A stretch of 64,000 nucleotides of DNA, from assembly GCA_963745235.1 (NCBI GenBank), contig CAVUXE010000075.1, positions 30,283-94,282 of the forward strand, given 5' to 3'. The notes below the pieces were generated by a model that was not told the DNA's origin, made no database searches, and worked only from the letters and a program-made list of their open reading frames with translations. Position numbers and translations under genes: made by a program. Of the stretch, positions 32,934-43,690 are shown piece by piece; positions within the stretch are counted from its first letter, which is position 1; each line of letters opens with the position of its first letter. This stretch comes from an uncultured Spirochaetota bacterium (GTDB taxonomy: Bacteria; Spirochaetota; Spirochaetia; SZUA-6; Fen-1364).

Positions 32934-34133
32934 CTACTGTCCGGGCGCCGGAGCCTGCACAAGCTTGACGCGGAGCGTTCTTTCCTGCCCGCTGCGGATC
33001 ACCTTTACTTCAACGGTCTCTCCCGGCTTCGTGCTTTCCAGAGCGTTCAGGTAGTCGGAGTACGTCGCAACGGGGATTCCGTTGAGGGCGGTGATGATGT
33101 CACCGCCGGGGTAGAAGGTGGCCCTTCCACCGCTCACGCCGCGGCTCGTGTCCCCGCCGCGCAGTCCCGACTGCCTGGCCGTGGGCCCGACGGTATTCAC
33201 GAGAATCCCCTTGTCCACGGGCAGGCGGAAGTAATTGACCAGGGCAGGGAAAAGCTGGACCGGGTCGATGTCGATCCACCCGCGTCTCACGGCGCCGTAG
33301 CGGATCAGCTCCTCCGCGACCCGGCGCGCGGTGTTCACGGGGATGGCAAAGCCGATCCCCGCCGAGGCGCCGGAGGGCGACTTGATTGCGGAGTTGATGC
33401 CGACGAGCTCCCCGCGAGAGTTCAGCAGAGGTCCTCCCGAATTGCCCGGATTGATTGCCGCATCTGTCTGGATTGTCTCACGGATCAGGTACCCGTCCTC
33501 TGTCTGCAGGGGCCGCGCAAGGCCGGAGACGACTCCCCTGGTCAGGGTCCGGTCCAGACCAAAAGGGTTCCCGATGGCCAGCACTTTCTGGCCGACGCGC
33601 AGCGTGGCGGAATTACCGAAGGGCACCGTGGTGAGGGTCTTGCCGTGAGGATCGAACTGGACCACGGCAAGGTCGTTCTCCGGGTCAGATCCCGGCGATC
33701 TTCCCCACCACCTCGGTCCCGTCAGCCAGGGTTATGCTGATCTTGTCCGCCCCTTTGATGACATGGTAGTTGGTGAGCACATGGCCTTGCTGGTCGATGA
33801 TCACTCCCGAGCCCGTTCCCTCCTGGGGAACCGCCTCGTAGAACCAGGTGTACTGCATGGTCACGGTGGTGATGTAGACAACCGCTTTGTTGGTCCTGTC
33901 GTAGATTTCAATGTTGTTGGTCTCATCCTCCAGGAGGCCGCCAGAACGGGAGGAAGAGCTGGAGAATTGCACCGGCGTGACCGGCAAAGGAGCGGCCGGG
34001 GGTCCGAGAGGCATGGTCGGATCCGGGCACCAGGAAGGATGACGAACGCGGTGAAGAAGCCGCCAATCACCAACGCGAACAGGGCCGTCACGGCGCAGAT
34101 GACCGCTACCTGTCTCCTGCCATACAGCTTCAT
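32934..34133 (-). CDS. htrA: HtrA/DegP-family serine protease with PDZ (frameshifts)
   Basis: [30 protein letters not shown]-terminus. Confidence 0.9.
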
Positions 34134-34178
34134 TTCTCTCCCCTCTCAGCCTCATAATACCAGAATCAGTGTTGGGCA

Positions 34179-34250
34179 GGCAACGAGCTGAGGGACAGAG
34201 GCCGCGGCTCAGGCGGCAACGAGCGGAGGGACAGAGGCCGCAGGTCAGGC
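34179..34250. repeat. 36-bp tandem repeat (2 copies, 3 mismatches)
   Basis: GGCAACGAGC(T/G)GAGGGACAGAGGCCGC(GGC/AGG)TCAGGC at 34179 and 34215. Confidence 0.8.
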
Positions 34251-35815
34251 AGACAAGCGGGTCCAGAAGTAGTCACTGTCCCCGTAGCGCCTGTGGCGTA
34301 CGGCTTCCGTGAGATGGCACTCCTGGATGTCCGGCTCGACCATCCATGTCCGCAATGGTGCGCGCCATCCGAAGCACCGAGTGGAAGGCCCGCGATGAAA
34401 TGGCGTGCGCCTCCGCCGCCTTTGTCAGCGCTGCGGCGCATTTCCCTTCCAGAGGGCAGAACCTGTCTATCATGCCCGGGAGGTATGCGCGCATTGCGGG
34501 AAAAGGGGAGCCCCTGGTAGCGTTCCCTCTGGATCCTGATTGCCCGGGCCACGGTGTCCTGTGAGCGCTTCGCTGCATCAGGGCTGGGAGGCTCGCACAT
34601 TTCGGCAGGCCGAACGGGAGAGAGCGGGACGCGCATGTCGATTCGATCCAGGAGCGCTCCGCCGACCCGTCTCCAGTATCTCTGGATCTCCACTTCAGTG
34701 CAGCGGCAGACGTGATTGTCCCGGCCCATGTTGCCGCACGGGCACGGGTTGAACGCCAGGACGAGCTGACAGCTCGCCGGGTAGCGAACAGTGGAACCGG
34801 CACGCGCAATGCAGACCCATCCATCTTCAATCGGCTCCCGCAGGCTCTGCAGGAGGCTCATCCCGAACTCCGGCGCTTCGTCCAGAAACAGGACGCCGTG
34901 GTGGGCCAGCGAGACCTCCCCTGGGCGAAGGAGCCTTCCGCCTCCGATGATTCCTTCATTGGACGCGGTGTGGTGGGGCATGCGGAAGGGTGGGCGCGTG
35001 ATCAACCCCTCCCCCGGAGGAAGCACTCCCGCAACGGAATGGATGCGGGTCACGACAAGGGCCTCCTCACGCGTGAGCCGCGGCAAAAGCCATGGCAGCA
35101 GGCGGGCGGACATTGTCTTTCCACTTCCCGGGGGGCCGAACAGGAGCAGGTGATGCCTGCCTGCCGCTGCGATCTCGAGAGCGCGCTTGAGATTGTCATG
35201 CCCCCTGATGTCCGCCAGGCTTCCCGCCAGGACTCTTTCCTCACGTGATTCCGAAGCCTCTCCCGGCAGGCGGAAAGAGTCCGCGGTGGACTCATCCGGA
35301 GCGCCTGCCGCGTCAAACGCAATGGCGGCCTCCCTGAGAGAATTGATCCCTCTGACGCGCCCCTTGCCGAGGACGCGCGCTTCCTGGAGGTTTTCCCGGG
35401 GCACGAGAAAGCTCGTGAATCCAGCTTCCAGCCCCGTACCGACGGCCGAAAGCACTCCGTTCACGGGGCGTACGCCCCCGCCAAGCTTGAGCTCCCCGAG
35501 CACCATGGTTCCAGCCATGCGGTCCTGCCCCATCTGGCCGGACGCCGCCAGGATGCCCAGGGCAATGGGAAGATCGAAGGAAGCCCCTTCTTTCCTTACG
35601 CCGGCCGGAGCAAGGGAGATGAGAATCCGATCAGCCGGGAACGTGAATCCGCTGTTGCGGATTGCAACCCGTACCCTCTCCTTTGACTCCCGCACGGCCC
35701 CGTCCGGCAGGCCGACGATGTCTATCCCCGGCAACCCTCTGCGTATGTCCACCTCCACCAGCACCAGTTCCCCTTCCAGCCCGATGGGGGCATGGCTGGA
35801 GACGACCGCGAGCAT
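34245..35815 (-). CDS. comM: YifB/ComM Mg-chelatase-like AAA+ ATPase (frameshifts near 3' end)
   Basis: VGLPD.AVRES.ERV, GPPGSGKT, PFR.PHH, GVLFLDE, NPCPCG; corrected end HLTEAVRHRRYGDSDYFWTRLSA*. Confidence 0.9.
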
Positions 35816-35885
35816 GGCACCTCCCGTCTCTTCTCGACAATCAGATCAACGGGGTGTTGTGTGTTGGTGATTGCGGGGGGGCGCC

Positions 35886-36341
35886 CTAACGGCGGCCCAG
35901 CTCCATGGACAGCTCCACCAGGTGATGGCATCTCTCATTCATCTGGTTGCCGGCGTGTCCTTCGACCCATGACCACGTGATGGGACGGCCCCTCGCAAGC
36001 TCCCACAGGGCCGACCAGAGGTCGATGTTCTTCACGGGCTTGTTGGCGCTGGTGCGCCATGAGTTTCGCTCCCAGGCGTGGATCCACTCAGTGATGCCTT
36101 TCTGCACGTACTGGGAATCCGTGGTGAGGGTCGTCAGCAGCGACTTCCATTCCGAATGAGCAGCAAGCTCCCGAAGGGCCTCGCGAACGGCCGTGAGCTC
36201 CATCCTGTTGTTCGTGGTCTGCGGATCGAACCCTGATCTTTCGATGGTCTGATCTCCCGCCTTCAGAACGAAGGCCCACCCTCCGGGACCGGGGTTGCCC
36301 TGGCAGCCGCCGTCCGTCCAGATTTCTATTGCCGGGCTCAA
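35886..36341 (-). CDS. rnhA: Ribonuclease HI
   Basis: WTDGGC.GNPGPGG, TTNNRMEL, TDSQY, WVEGHAG. Confidence 0.95.
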   Translation of the reverse strand: MSPAIEIWTDGGCQGNPGPGGWAFVLKAGDQTIERSGFDPQTTNNRMELTAVREALRELAAHSEWKSLLTTLTTDSQYVQKGITEWIHAWERNSWRTSANKPVKNIDLWSALWELARGRPITWSWVEGHAGNQMNERCHHLVELSMELGRR

Positions 36342-37364
36342 TCGTTTCCCTGCCTGCGGGCAACGAGCGGGCGGGGGGGAATCAAGCGAAAGATCTTCTT
36401 GCCCTCATACGTGCCGACGGGTACGCACAGGGCCTTGAGCTTCTGCGGGACGAGGTCCATGGCCTTCGCGGAGATGAAGAACTGCGCGGGGCGGGTGTAC
36501 TTCTTTCCGAGGTGGAACACCGAGTTCAGGCTGTCGGAAATGATCTCTCCCGTATCTCGGACACGGTACACGGTGGTCCCCGTGGACAGCGCAAGATGGA
36601 AGGAAATATGCCCGGGAAGGGGGGATTCCTCCACGTCGTAGAAGACCCGTGAGAGGAGAAGGCGCAGGCCGCATACGGGAGCGGAGCTGGCGCCGTTCTT
36701 CAGCGGGAAAAGCACAAGCCCGCCGAATTGAGACCACATCCACGTCCGGCCGCCGTGCTGGGAAGCCATCCTCTCCACGAAGGAACGGAAAGTCTCCATG
36801 GCGCCCGTGAGATTGTCCGGTTCATGCCGCTTCTTGAGCTCCTCCGAGCTGTCCACTTCGATGTAGAGGATGGCGAACGGATACTCCCTCCCGGGCACTA
36901 TCCGCTGCCACCCGTCCGCGGATGCCTCCGGGCCCGTTGGCCCTGGAGGTTCGGATGAAGCGGTCTCATCGACGTCCTGCTCCGCGGCATCTCCGTCCGC
37001 GTAGGTGAGAACCTGCGAGATCCGCTTCGCATTCAGCCGGCCCCCGGCCATCTTCCTGCCCAGGTAGTCCACCGCGCCGGCGTGGAAAAGCGAGGCGACA
37101 TCAGCCACCGTGCCCGCCGGATCCACCACCCCGAAAAGAAGTCCGGGATTTTCCGGGATGCAATGCAAGGATCTCCTGCCGCTCTGCCGGACCCAGCCCT
37201 GCCAGCTCCAGGTAGACGAGCGTGCCGCTCTGCAGAGTGGCTATCATTGCGGGGAGGTCCCTGATGGGATACGTCTCGACGGAAAGACCCTTGGTGACTC
37301 TCCCTTTTGCCGCTTTTTTCCTGCGGTTTTTCCCGAACAGCAGGATCCTCATTTCCGCGGCCAC
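36338..37364 (-). CDS. Degenerate receiver + class III nucleotide cyclase-like protein (frameshift near 37170)
   Basis: REC-like AGAVDYL; cyclase-fold pattern ILYIEV...HGGRTW.W...GGLVLF...LSTG...ISDSLNSVFHL. Confidence 0.55.
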
Positions 37365-38278
37365 TCCAGGGAATAGCGGTAGATGCTGCTGTTGTCCGGG
37401 CCGCTCACAGGAACGAACAGAGGTGCCAGCTTGCTGCCGAGGTCCGTGAACACACCGGGGGAGACCGTGAGGCTGTCAGGCTTCGTATAGCGCGACTCCA
37501 GCAGCTCGACCCTGCGGATGGTGTCCCCCTCAGACTCCTTGGCGGAGGCCAGGAACTTGCACGGACCCGCGTGGACCGCGAGTCGGGCGCTCACGGGCTC
37601 CGGCAAAGCGCTCCCCAGCAGGTTGAAGAGGAAGAGCTCGTGGACGATTTCCATGCCGCAGAGGGTTGCCTGGATGGTCTTGTCAATGAAGTAGAAGGCG
37701 GCAAGTGCCCCATCCCCCTCCCAGGTCCATATCCTGCCGTCCCGTTTTTCCACGAGCCGGGTGACGAGGTCCCGCACAGCCGTGTACGTGGAGTCGATGA
37801 GGCTTCGCGGATACCGGCGGACGAGGTCGGAGTTGCCCACGATGTCTATGCGAAGAAGGGCGAGCTCGTATGAACGTCCCTCCCGCAGGGTGCCCCACCC
37901 CATGGTCCGCGTGCGGCCGCCCCGCGCCTGCTCGACAAAGACCCCCTTCTCGGTGCTGTAGGCAAAGCCCTGCCCCTGGATCTCCGCGATGATCCGTGAC
38001 AGGAGCGGAATTCTGACCTCCCTCCCCATGTCCCCGTGCTGGTCGACTTCCAGGAGAGACTCGATGAGCTTCAGGAAGTAGTTCTCTTTGATGAAGTCCC
38101 GAAGGATTTGCTTCGCTGCGTCGACGCGCGGGATTTGAATGCTCTCGGGAAACCCTGAGCGCGCATAGATGTCGTAGTCCGGAATCACCTTGCGGGCCAC
38201 TTTCTCCATGAGATCCACTGTCATTGACTGGGAGAGCGCCTGGACAAAGAGGGTCGCCAGGCGGGTCTGGATCTTCAC
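37349..38278 (-). CDS. Class III adenylate/guanylate cyclase-like protein with N-terminal helical domain
   Basis: LRIDIVGNS and WEGDGALAAF metal-binding Asp motifs, RLAVHAG. Confidence 0.7.
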   Translation of the reverse strand: MKIQTRLATLFVQALSQSMTVDLMEKVARKVIPDYDIYARSGFPESIQIPRVDAAKQILRDFIKENYFLKLIESLLEVDQHGDMGREVRIPLLSRIIAEIQGQGFAYSTEKGVFVEQARGGRTRTMGWGTLREGRSYELALLRIDIVGNSDLVRRYPRSLIDSTYTAVRDLVTRLVEKRDGRIWTWEGDGALAAFYFIDKTIQATLCGMEIVHELFLFNLLGSALPEPVSARLAVHAGPCKFLASAKESEGDTIRRVELLESRYTKPDSLTVSPGVFTDLGSKLAPLFVPVSGPDNSSIYRYSLEWPRK

Positions 38279-38456
38279 GGCGCCAGACCCGCCCGGTCGA
38301 AGGCAGCGCGCTGACGAGTCGGCCGGCCCCTGCGGTCGACAAGCGCTGGATGACGGGCAGGGTCGTTCAACAGCACAGCGTCCAGCGCACCCATGCAGAT
38401 AATTCTATGTATCAGCCTTGCTCGGGTCAAGGCGCGGGCGCCGGGAACCTTTGCGG

Positions 38457-38485
38457 TTGACAGCTCAAATGACGACTGCTATAGT
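38457..38485 (+). promoter_or_regulatory. sigma70 promoter of tRNA gene
   Basis: TTGACA-17nt-TATAGT. Confidence 0.8.
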
Positions 38486-38507
38486 CCCGTTCGTCGTTTT
38501 CAGTCAT

Positions 38508-38580
38508 GGCGGCGTAGCTCAGATGGTAGAGCATGCGGCTCATATCCGCAGTGTCAAGGGTTCGAGTCCCCTCGCCGCTA
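38508..38580 (+). tRNA. tRNA with CAT anticodon, probably elongator tRNA-Met (no encoded CCA)
   Basis: GGCGGCG/CGCCGCT acceptor stem, TAGCTCAG..GG D-arm, TGCGG-CTCATAT-CCGCA anticodon arm, GTTCGAGTC T-loop. Confidence 0.93.
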
Positions 38581-38613
38581 AGAGGCCCGCCCCGCGGCGA
38601 GGCCTTTCTTTTT
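38581..38613 (+). terminator. Rho-independent terminator after tRNA
   Basis: AGGCC...GGCCT hairpin followed by TTCTTTT. Confidence 0.6.
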
Positions 38614-38621
38614 CCCAGAGG

Positions 38622-38885
38622 TCAGCGAACAGAGTACCTCTCATGCGTGGCAAGATGCATCCGGAGCTTCTCCAGGTCTTCCACCTTGCCTTTCACGATC
38701 ACGCAGGGGAGCTGACGCGAATGGACGTCAGTGAGCTCTATCGCGCGCGGTACTTTGACGGCAGCCAGCGCCTTGTTCAGATCGCTGCGGATGCTCAGGA
38801 GATCCGACCCGTAGCACAGGAAATAGAATCCCTTTGCGTCTCGACCCATCGCCGAGAATTGTCTTGGCTGGTTCACTGGCTTCAT
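38622..38885 (-). CDS. Small hypothetical protein
   Basis: 87 aa ORF MKPVNQPRQF...HERYSVR with genome-like codon usage. Confidence 0.5.
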   Translation of the reverse strand: MKPVNQPRQFSAMGRDAKGFYFLCYGSDLLSIRSDLNKALAAVKVPRAIELTDVHSRQLPCVIVKGKVEDLEKLRMHLATHERYSVR

Positions 38886-39043
38886 TTTCCACCGTTTTGC
38901 ATAAAGTTCGCCTGCCAGGAGCCGCCCTCGCATGGCAATTGCCACGGCTACGCTGAGGAGGGCTGCGTGCATCTATGCGTAGATGTCATAATACCACACG
39001 TGGTGCATATTTCAAGCCGGGCGGAAGGAGAGAGAGACCTGCG

Positions 39044-39169
39044 GTGAAGATTGTCAGTTGTGCCATCGCGCTGCTTGGCCTGGTGGTGTTTCTCACCTTC
39101 GCAACGTATCCCGTGGACACGGCCGTGGCGACCCTGCTCAAGAGGATTCGCGCCAGGATCAGGAGATGA
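39044..39169 (+). CDS. Putative small membrane protein
   Basis: GTG start after AAGGAG-rich stretch; one hydrophobic helix followed by basic tail (KRIRARIRR). Confidence 0.35.
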   Translation: MKIVSCAIALLGLVVFLTFATYPVDTAVATLLKRIRARIRR

Positions 39170-39176
39170 CTCTCAT

Positions 39177-40974
39177 TCACTGAGAGCGCAGACGCACTGT
39201 GAAGACGGTGCCGGACCCCGGCCTGCTCTCGAACTCTATGGTGCCTCCATGCTCATCGAGGATGTTGCGGCAAATGGAAAGGCCGAGCCCCGTGTTCGTT
39301 CGGCTGAGCTTTGTCGTGAAGAAAGGGTCGAAAACCCGGACACCCAGGTCTTCGGGGATCCCGCACCCGTCGTCCCTGAGGCGAACCTCCACCCAGCCGT
39401 CCGACACCTGACGCGCTTCAATCCCGATCCTGCCTCCGCTCAGCACCGCATCCACCGCGTTTGAGGCCAGGTTCAGCACCACCTGGGTGAGCCTGTTCGC
39501 GTCCCCCAGGACCGCGAGCGGCCCCGGGGGAAGGTCCAGGTCCACGGAGGCGGCCTTCTCCCGAAAGGCATGCTGCAGAAGAATGACCGCGTTCTCGATG
39601 ACCTCCCGTACGTCAACCACGCTCTTCGGCGCGCCGGCGACCCGAGAGAAGGAAAGGAGACTCGTAACGATCTCCGAGATGCGCGAAATTTCGCGTTCAA
39701 TACGCGTCAGCCGCTCCTCGATCTCAGGGTCCGCGACGCGTCCGCGAATGACCTCCAGGTAGTTCTGAATGGCAAACAGGGGGTTGTTCATCTCATGGGC
39801 CACGCCAACCGCCAGCTGGGCAACGGTGGATACCTTGGCGTTCTCCACCACGAAATCGTCCATATACCTGGCCAATGAGACATCCTCAATGACAAGGAGC
39901 GACCCGGCCCCGTCCAGTGACCGCACAGGAGCAGCGGCTATGGAAACGGTCTTGCCGGTGCGCAGCTTCAGCTCGGGCAGCCGCACCGGTTCACCGCTTG
40001 TGAAACTTCCGGCAACCTCTTCCCCCTTCTCCACCAGGGTCGAGAGGATCTCCGGGAAAGGTCGACCCACCTCGCCGCCGTCGAGGCTGCACAGCTCGTG
40101 GGCCGCAAGGTTGTAGAGCTGGATCCCATCCCGTTCGTCCAGAAGCACCACCCCCACGGGAAAGATCTGGATCACGTTCTGCAGGTCACGCTTGAGCCGC
40201 TGCAGGGGAGTATCGCTTCGAACCGTCTGCAGCTCGTCGAGGCTGAACGAATAGGTCAGCTCATGGAGACGAAACCTGTCCAGGCCCTTGGTCTCCATGG
40301 TGAGCCGACGGTGGCCGGCCCGCAGCACCGTGACCCTGTCGCGACAGCCGGAGAATCTCATCCATGTCGTGGCTGATGTAGATGATGCCGCAGCCCGCCT
40401 CCCGCAGGTCCAGGACTGTTCGATAGACGACCTTCATCTCGACCGGAGTGAGCTTGTTGGAAAGCTCATCCAGGATGAGCACCTTCGGACTGCGGGCAAG
40501 CGCGCGGGCAAGCTCCACCATGTGCTGGTGGGCCGGCTTCAACTTGGACAGGGGAACCCGCAGATCGAAGCGGCATTCCAGGGACAGGAGTATCTGAGAG
40601 GCCTGGCTTTCCATGGCGCGATGATCCAGGCGCCGAAGTCCACGGCGGATCATGCGGCCCGTGAAGATGTTCTCCACCGCATTCAGATGAGGAATGATGG
40701 ACAGGTCCTGGTAGACGATCCCGATCCCCTGCTCCAGCGAGCTCCTGGGTGTGAAGGTGTCCACCCTTCGGCCCTCGAAGAATATCGACCCGTCGCTTAC
40801 CGTGGCGGCGCCGCTCAGCACCTTGACCAGCGTGGATTTGCCCGCCCGATGTTCCCCGACCAGGGAGTGAATCTCCCCCGCGTACAGGTCGAAATCCACT
40901 CCGTCCAGGGCGGTCACGGTCCCGTAGGCCACATGGATATTGCGGAGCTCCAGGAGCTTGCCCTGGTCAGCCAT
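39177..40974 (-). CDS. Sugar-ABC ATPase domain - PAS-like - histidine kinase fusion (single frameshift near 40342)
   Basis: GEHRAGKST, IVYQ, ILDE, ISHDMDE then in next frame DRVTVLRAG...PVGVVLLD...AHEMNNP...NLASNA...DDGCG...FTTK...GLGL. Confidence 0.8.
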
Positions 40975-42289
40975 CCCCCGCTCCCATACCGAGCTTTTTC
41001 ATGCGGTTGTAGAGTGTCTTGCGGTCGATGTGGAGAATCCGGGCCGCTTCGCTCTTGGAGCCTCCCGCCCGGGTAATGGCTTCTTCGATGATCTGGCGCG
41101 CGGACGCGGCGAAGCGGTCAGACAGCTCAACGCCGGACCCTCCGTCGGCTCCGCGGTACTGCGGAGAGAGGTGAGACATCTGAATGGCGCCTCCCTCGCA
41201 GAAGATGACCGCCCGCTCGATGAGGTTCCGCAGCTCCCTCACGTTCCCCGGCCATCGGTGAGCCAGGAGCGTGGCGACGACCTCCCGGGAAAGCGAGAGG
41301 CCGGTCCGCCCGTATGCGCGCCCGTACTGGTTGAGGAAGTGCTCGGCAAGCGGGAGGATGTCACCGGGACGATCCCGCAGGGCGGGAATGCGGACCTCGA
41401 CGACGGCAAGGCGGTAGTAGAGCTCGTCCCGGAACCTCCCGCCGCGAATGGCCGCCTCGATGTCACGGTTGGTTGCCGCAACGACCCGGCAGTCGCTGTG
41501 GATGATGTCGACGCCGCCAAGCCGCGTGAAGCTTTTTTCCTGGAGGACGCGGAGCATCTTTGCCTGCGTGGAGAGGCTCATCTCCCCGATCTCATCCAGG
41601 AAGATCGTCCCGCCGTCAGCCACCTCCAGCAGCCCCGGCTTTCTCTCCCGCGCGTCGGTGAACGCCCCCCGCTCGTGGCCGAACATCTCGCTCTCCAGCA
41701 GAGTGTCCGGCATTGCGGCGCAATTGACCTCCACAAAGGAGCGGGTCCGCCGGCCGCTTGCCCTGTGGACCATCCGGGCGGCCAGCTCCTTGCCGGTTCC
41801 GGTCTCCCCGCGGATGAGGATGTGAGCGTCTGTCGGGGCAGCGCGCTCCAGGAGCGTGAGGGCCTCGCGCATGAGCGCGTCAACCGTCACGATGCCCTCG
41901 TCCTCGGGCATGTCCGCGCGCGGAGGTTTCTCCGCAAGAATGCGCTGGATCTGGGACAACAAGGCGGAGGACTTGATGGGCTTCGTAAAGACGTCCGCTG
42001 CTCCGTACTTCATGGCTGCGACGGCGGTGTCCACCGTCGCGAAGCCCGTGATGATCACCACCGGCAGATCCGGGAGCCGTGACTTGATGGACTGGAGGAG
42101 CTCGATGCCTCCTATGCCGGGCATGCGAAGATCCACGAGGGCGAGCGCCGTGGTCTTCGGGTTGATGGTGGACAGCGCGCTGACAGGATCCGTCACCACG
42201 ACGACGTCATACCCTTTGCCCAGGAGCAGGTCCGAGAGAGAGTCGCACACGGCCGGGTCGTCATCGACAATGAGTATCTGGTGTCTCAC
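40967..42289 (-). CDS. sigma54-dependent response regulator (NtrC family)
   Basis: ILIVDDD, LVDLRMP, GETGTGKE, GAFTDA, LDEIGE, WPGNVREL, HTH; stop overlaps start of fusion kinase. Confidence 0.93.
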   Translation of the reverse strand: MRHQILIVDDDPAVCDSLSDLLLGKGYDVVVVTDPVSALSTINPKTTALALVDLRMPGIGGIELLQSIKSRLPDLPVVIITGFATVDTAVAAMKYGAADVFTKPIKSSALLSQIQRILAEKPPRADMPEDEGIVTVDALMREALTLLERAAPTDAHILIRGETGTGKELAARMVHRASGRRTRSFVEVNCAAMPDTLLESEMFGHERGAFTDARERKPGLLEVADGGTIFLDEIGEMSLSTQAKMLRVLQEKSFTRLGGVDIIHSDCRVVAATNRDIEAAIRGGRFRDELYYRLAVVEVRIPALRDRPGDILPLAEHFLNQYGRAYGRTGLSLSREVVATLLAHRWPGNVRELRNLIERAVIFCEGGAIQMSHLSPQYRGADGGSGVELSDRFAASARQIIEEAITRAGGSKSEAARILHIDRKTLYNRMKKLGMGAGDG

Positions 42290-42327
42290 CTGTCCAGTAT
42301 AAACCATAGGTTTCGCTTCCGCAGGGA

Positions 42328-42426
42328 TGGGGAGAAGTCTCCCCAGGTGGGGCGGCCGAGGGGGAAAATGCGCCTCAGCGCGCGCAGCCGGCGCGCCGCG
42401 GATTCGAGCGGGGAGATCCTCCGCCA
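42328..42426. promoter_or_regulatory. Putative upstream activator sites for the sigma54 activator
   Basis: Perfect inverted repeat TGGGGAGA-AG-TCTCCCCA (42328-42345) plus two degenerate copies near 42360 and 42409. Confidence 0.55.
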
Positions 42427-42493
42427 CGCTGCAATTCCTTGCCGAGAAAGCAGATTTCGTGGACCGCTCCATGACTGTGAACCGTCGCGAGCT

Positions 42494-42509
42494 TGGCACA
42501 GTCCGTGCT
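42494..42509 (+). promoter_or_regulatory. sigma54 promoter of sugar ABC operon
   Basis: TGGCACAGTCCGTGCT: invariant GG and GC at correct spacing, one mismatch to consensus. Confidence 0.7.
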
Positions 42510-42579
42510 TCTTGTATGCGATTGCCCATGATACAATTGTCCGTCTCCCCGCAGCGAACCTTGAAAAACAGCCGAAAGG

Positions 42580-43602
42580 ATGGCAATCGTGGATAACATT
42601 CCCAGGGGCGCTCAGCCCGTCCCGGTCAACCCCGTGACGGCAGCCGCGCGTCGAGCGCTCGCCAATCGGGAGGTGGGAGTCTTTCTTGCCTTCCTGTTCC
42701 TCGTCATCGTGATGAGCTTTGCCAGCCAGTATTTCCTGAAGCCGCTGAACATCTTCAACGTCCTTCGCGGCATGTCGACCATCTCCATCATGTGCGTCGG
42801 GGTCACCATGGTCATCATCACGGGCGGGATAGACCTCTCTGTCGGGTCCCTTCTCGCCGTGACCGGGATGTTCACGGCTCGCCTGATGTACTCCGGGTTG
42901 TATCCGTGGCTCTGTGTCGCTCTTGGTTTCGCCCTCGGGCTCGGCCTCGGAATGCTCAACGGCTTCATCATCACGAAGGTGCGGGTGAACGCTTTCATCA
43001 CCACCCTCGGCATGATGAGCATTGGCCGCGGCCTCACCTACCTCATAGCCACCGGCGTGCAGGGCACGGTTGCTTCCAACATCCCCATGCGGGACCCCGC
43101 GGTGAACTTCATCGGGGACGGCTACCTTGGCGCGGTCCCCTTCCCGATCATCGAGATGCTGGTCCTGGTCGGTGTATTCACTTGGTTTCTCCGCAACACT
43201 GTTCTCGGCAGACAGATCTACGCCGTGGGTTCCAACGAGGAAGCGGCCCGGCTCTCGGGGGTGAACGTGAACCGCGTGAAGCTCTTCACGTACACGGCAA
43301 CAGGCGTTCTGTGCGCGCTGGCCGGCATCATGAGCGGCGGGCTCCTTGCCACCGCCGCGACGAACGCGGGAGAAGGCAACGAGCTGGACGTGATTGCAGC
43401 GGTTGTCATTGGCGGGGCGAGCCTCTCCGGTGGAGTCGGCACGATCATCGGGGCCATATTCGGCGCGGCCATCATGGCGATCCTGCGCAACGCCTTTGTT
43501 CTGCTCCATTTGCCGGCATTCCTGCAGACGGTGTCCATCGGGGTCGTGATCATTCTGGCCGTGGCCTCGGACAACCTGCGGCGGCGTCCCGGCCAGCTCT
43601 AG
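42580..43602 (+). CDS. Sugar ABC transporter permease (RbsC family)
   Basis: GGIDLSVG, FITTLG, GRQIYAVGSNEEAARLSG, ELDVIAAVVIGG. Confidence 0.93.
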   Translation: MAIVDNIPRGAQPVPVNPVTAAARRALANREVGVFLAFLFLVIVMSFASQYFLKPLNIFNVLRGMSTISIMCVGVTMVIITGGIDLSVGSLLAVTGMFTARLMYSGLYPWLCVALGFALGLGLGMLNGFIITKVRVNAFITTLGMMSIGRGLTYLIATGVQGTVASNIPMRDPAVNFIGDGYLGAVPFPIIEMLVLVGVFTWFLRNTVLGRQIYAVGSNEEAARLSGVNVNRVKLFTYTATGVLCALAGIMSGGLLATAATNAGEGNELDVIAAVVIGGASLSGGVGTIIGAIFGAAIMAILRNAFVLLHLPAFLQTVSIGVVIILAVASDNLRRRPGQL

Positions 43603-43690
43603 CGCGGTACCCCGCCTAGCGCGGTCGTATGGGCTTCAGGGCCGGACGTTGTCCGGCTTCGAGAAAAGTTTCGTGAGAAGGAGACAGAGC

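Noticed and set aside
34179-34250. CRISPR-like 36-bp repeat
   Set aside because: Only two directly adjacent copies, no spacers, no cas genes
6500-35815. Many frameshifted genes (uvrD, dinG, punA, lysC, dapF, holB, uvrB, htrA, comM) as pseudogenes or programmed frameshifts
   Set aside because: Breaks are single-base indels scattered through core genes with otherwise intact motifs; best explained by long-read/assembly error
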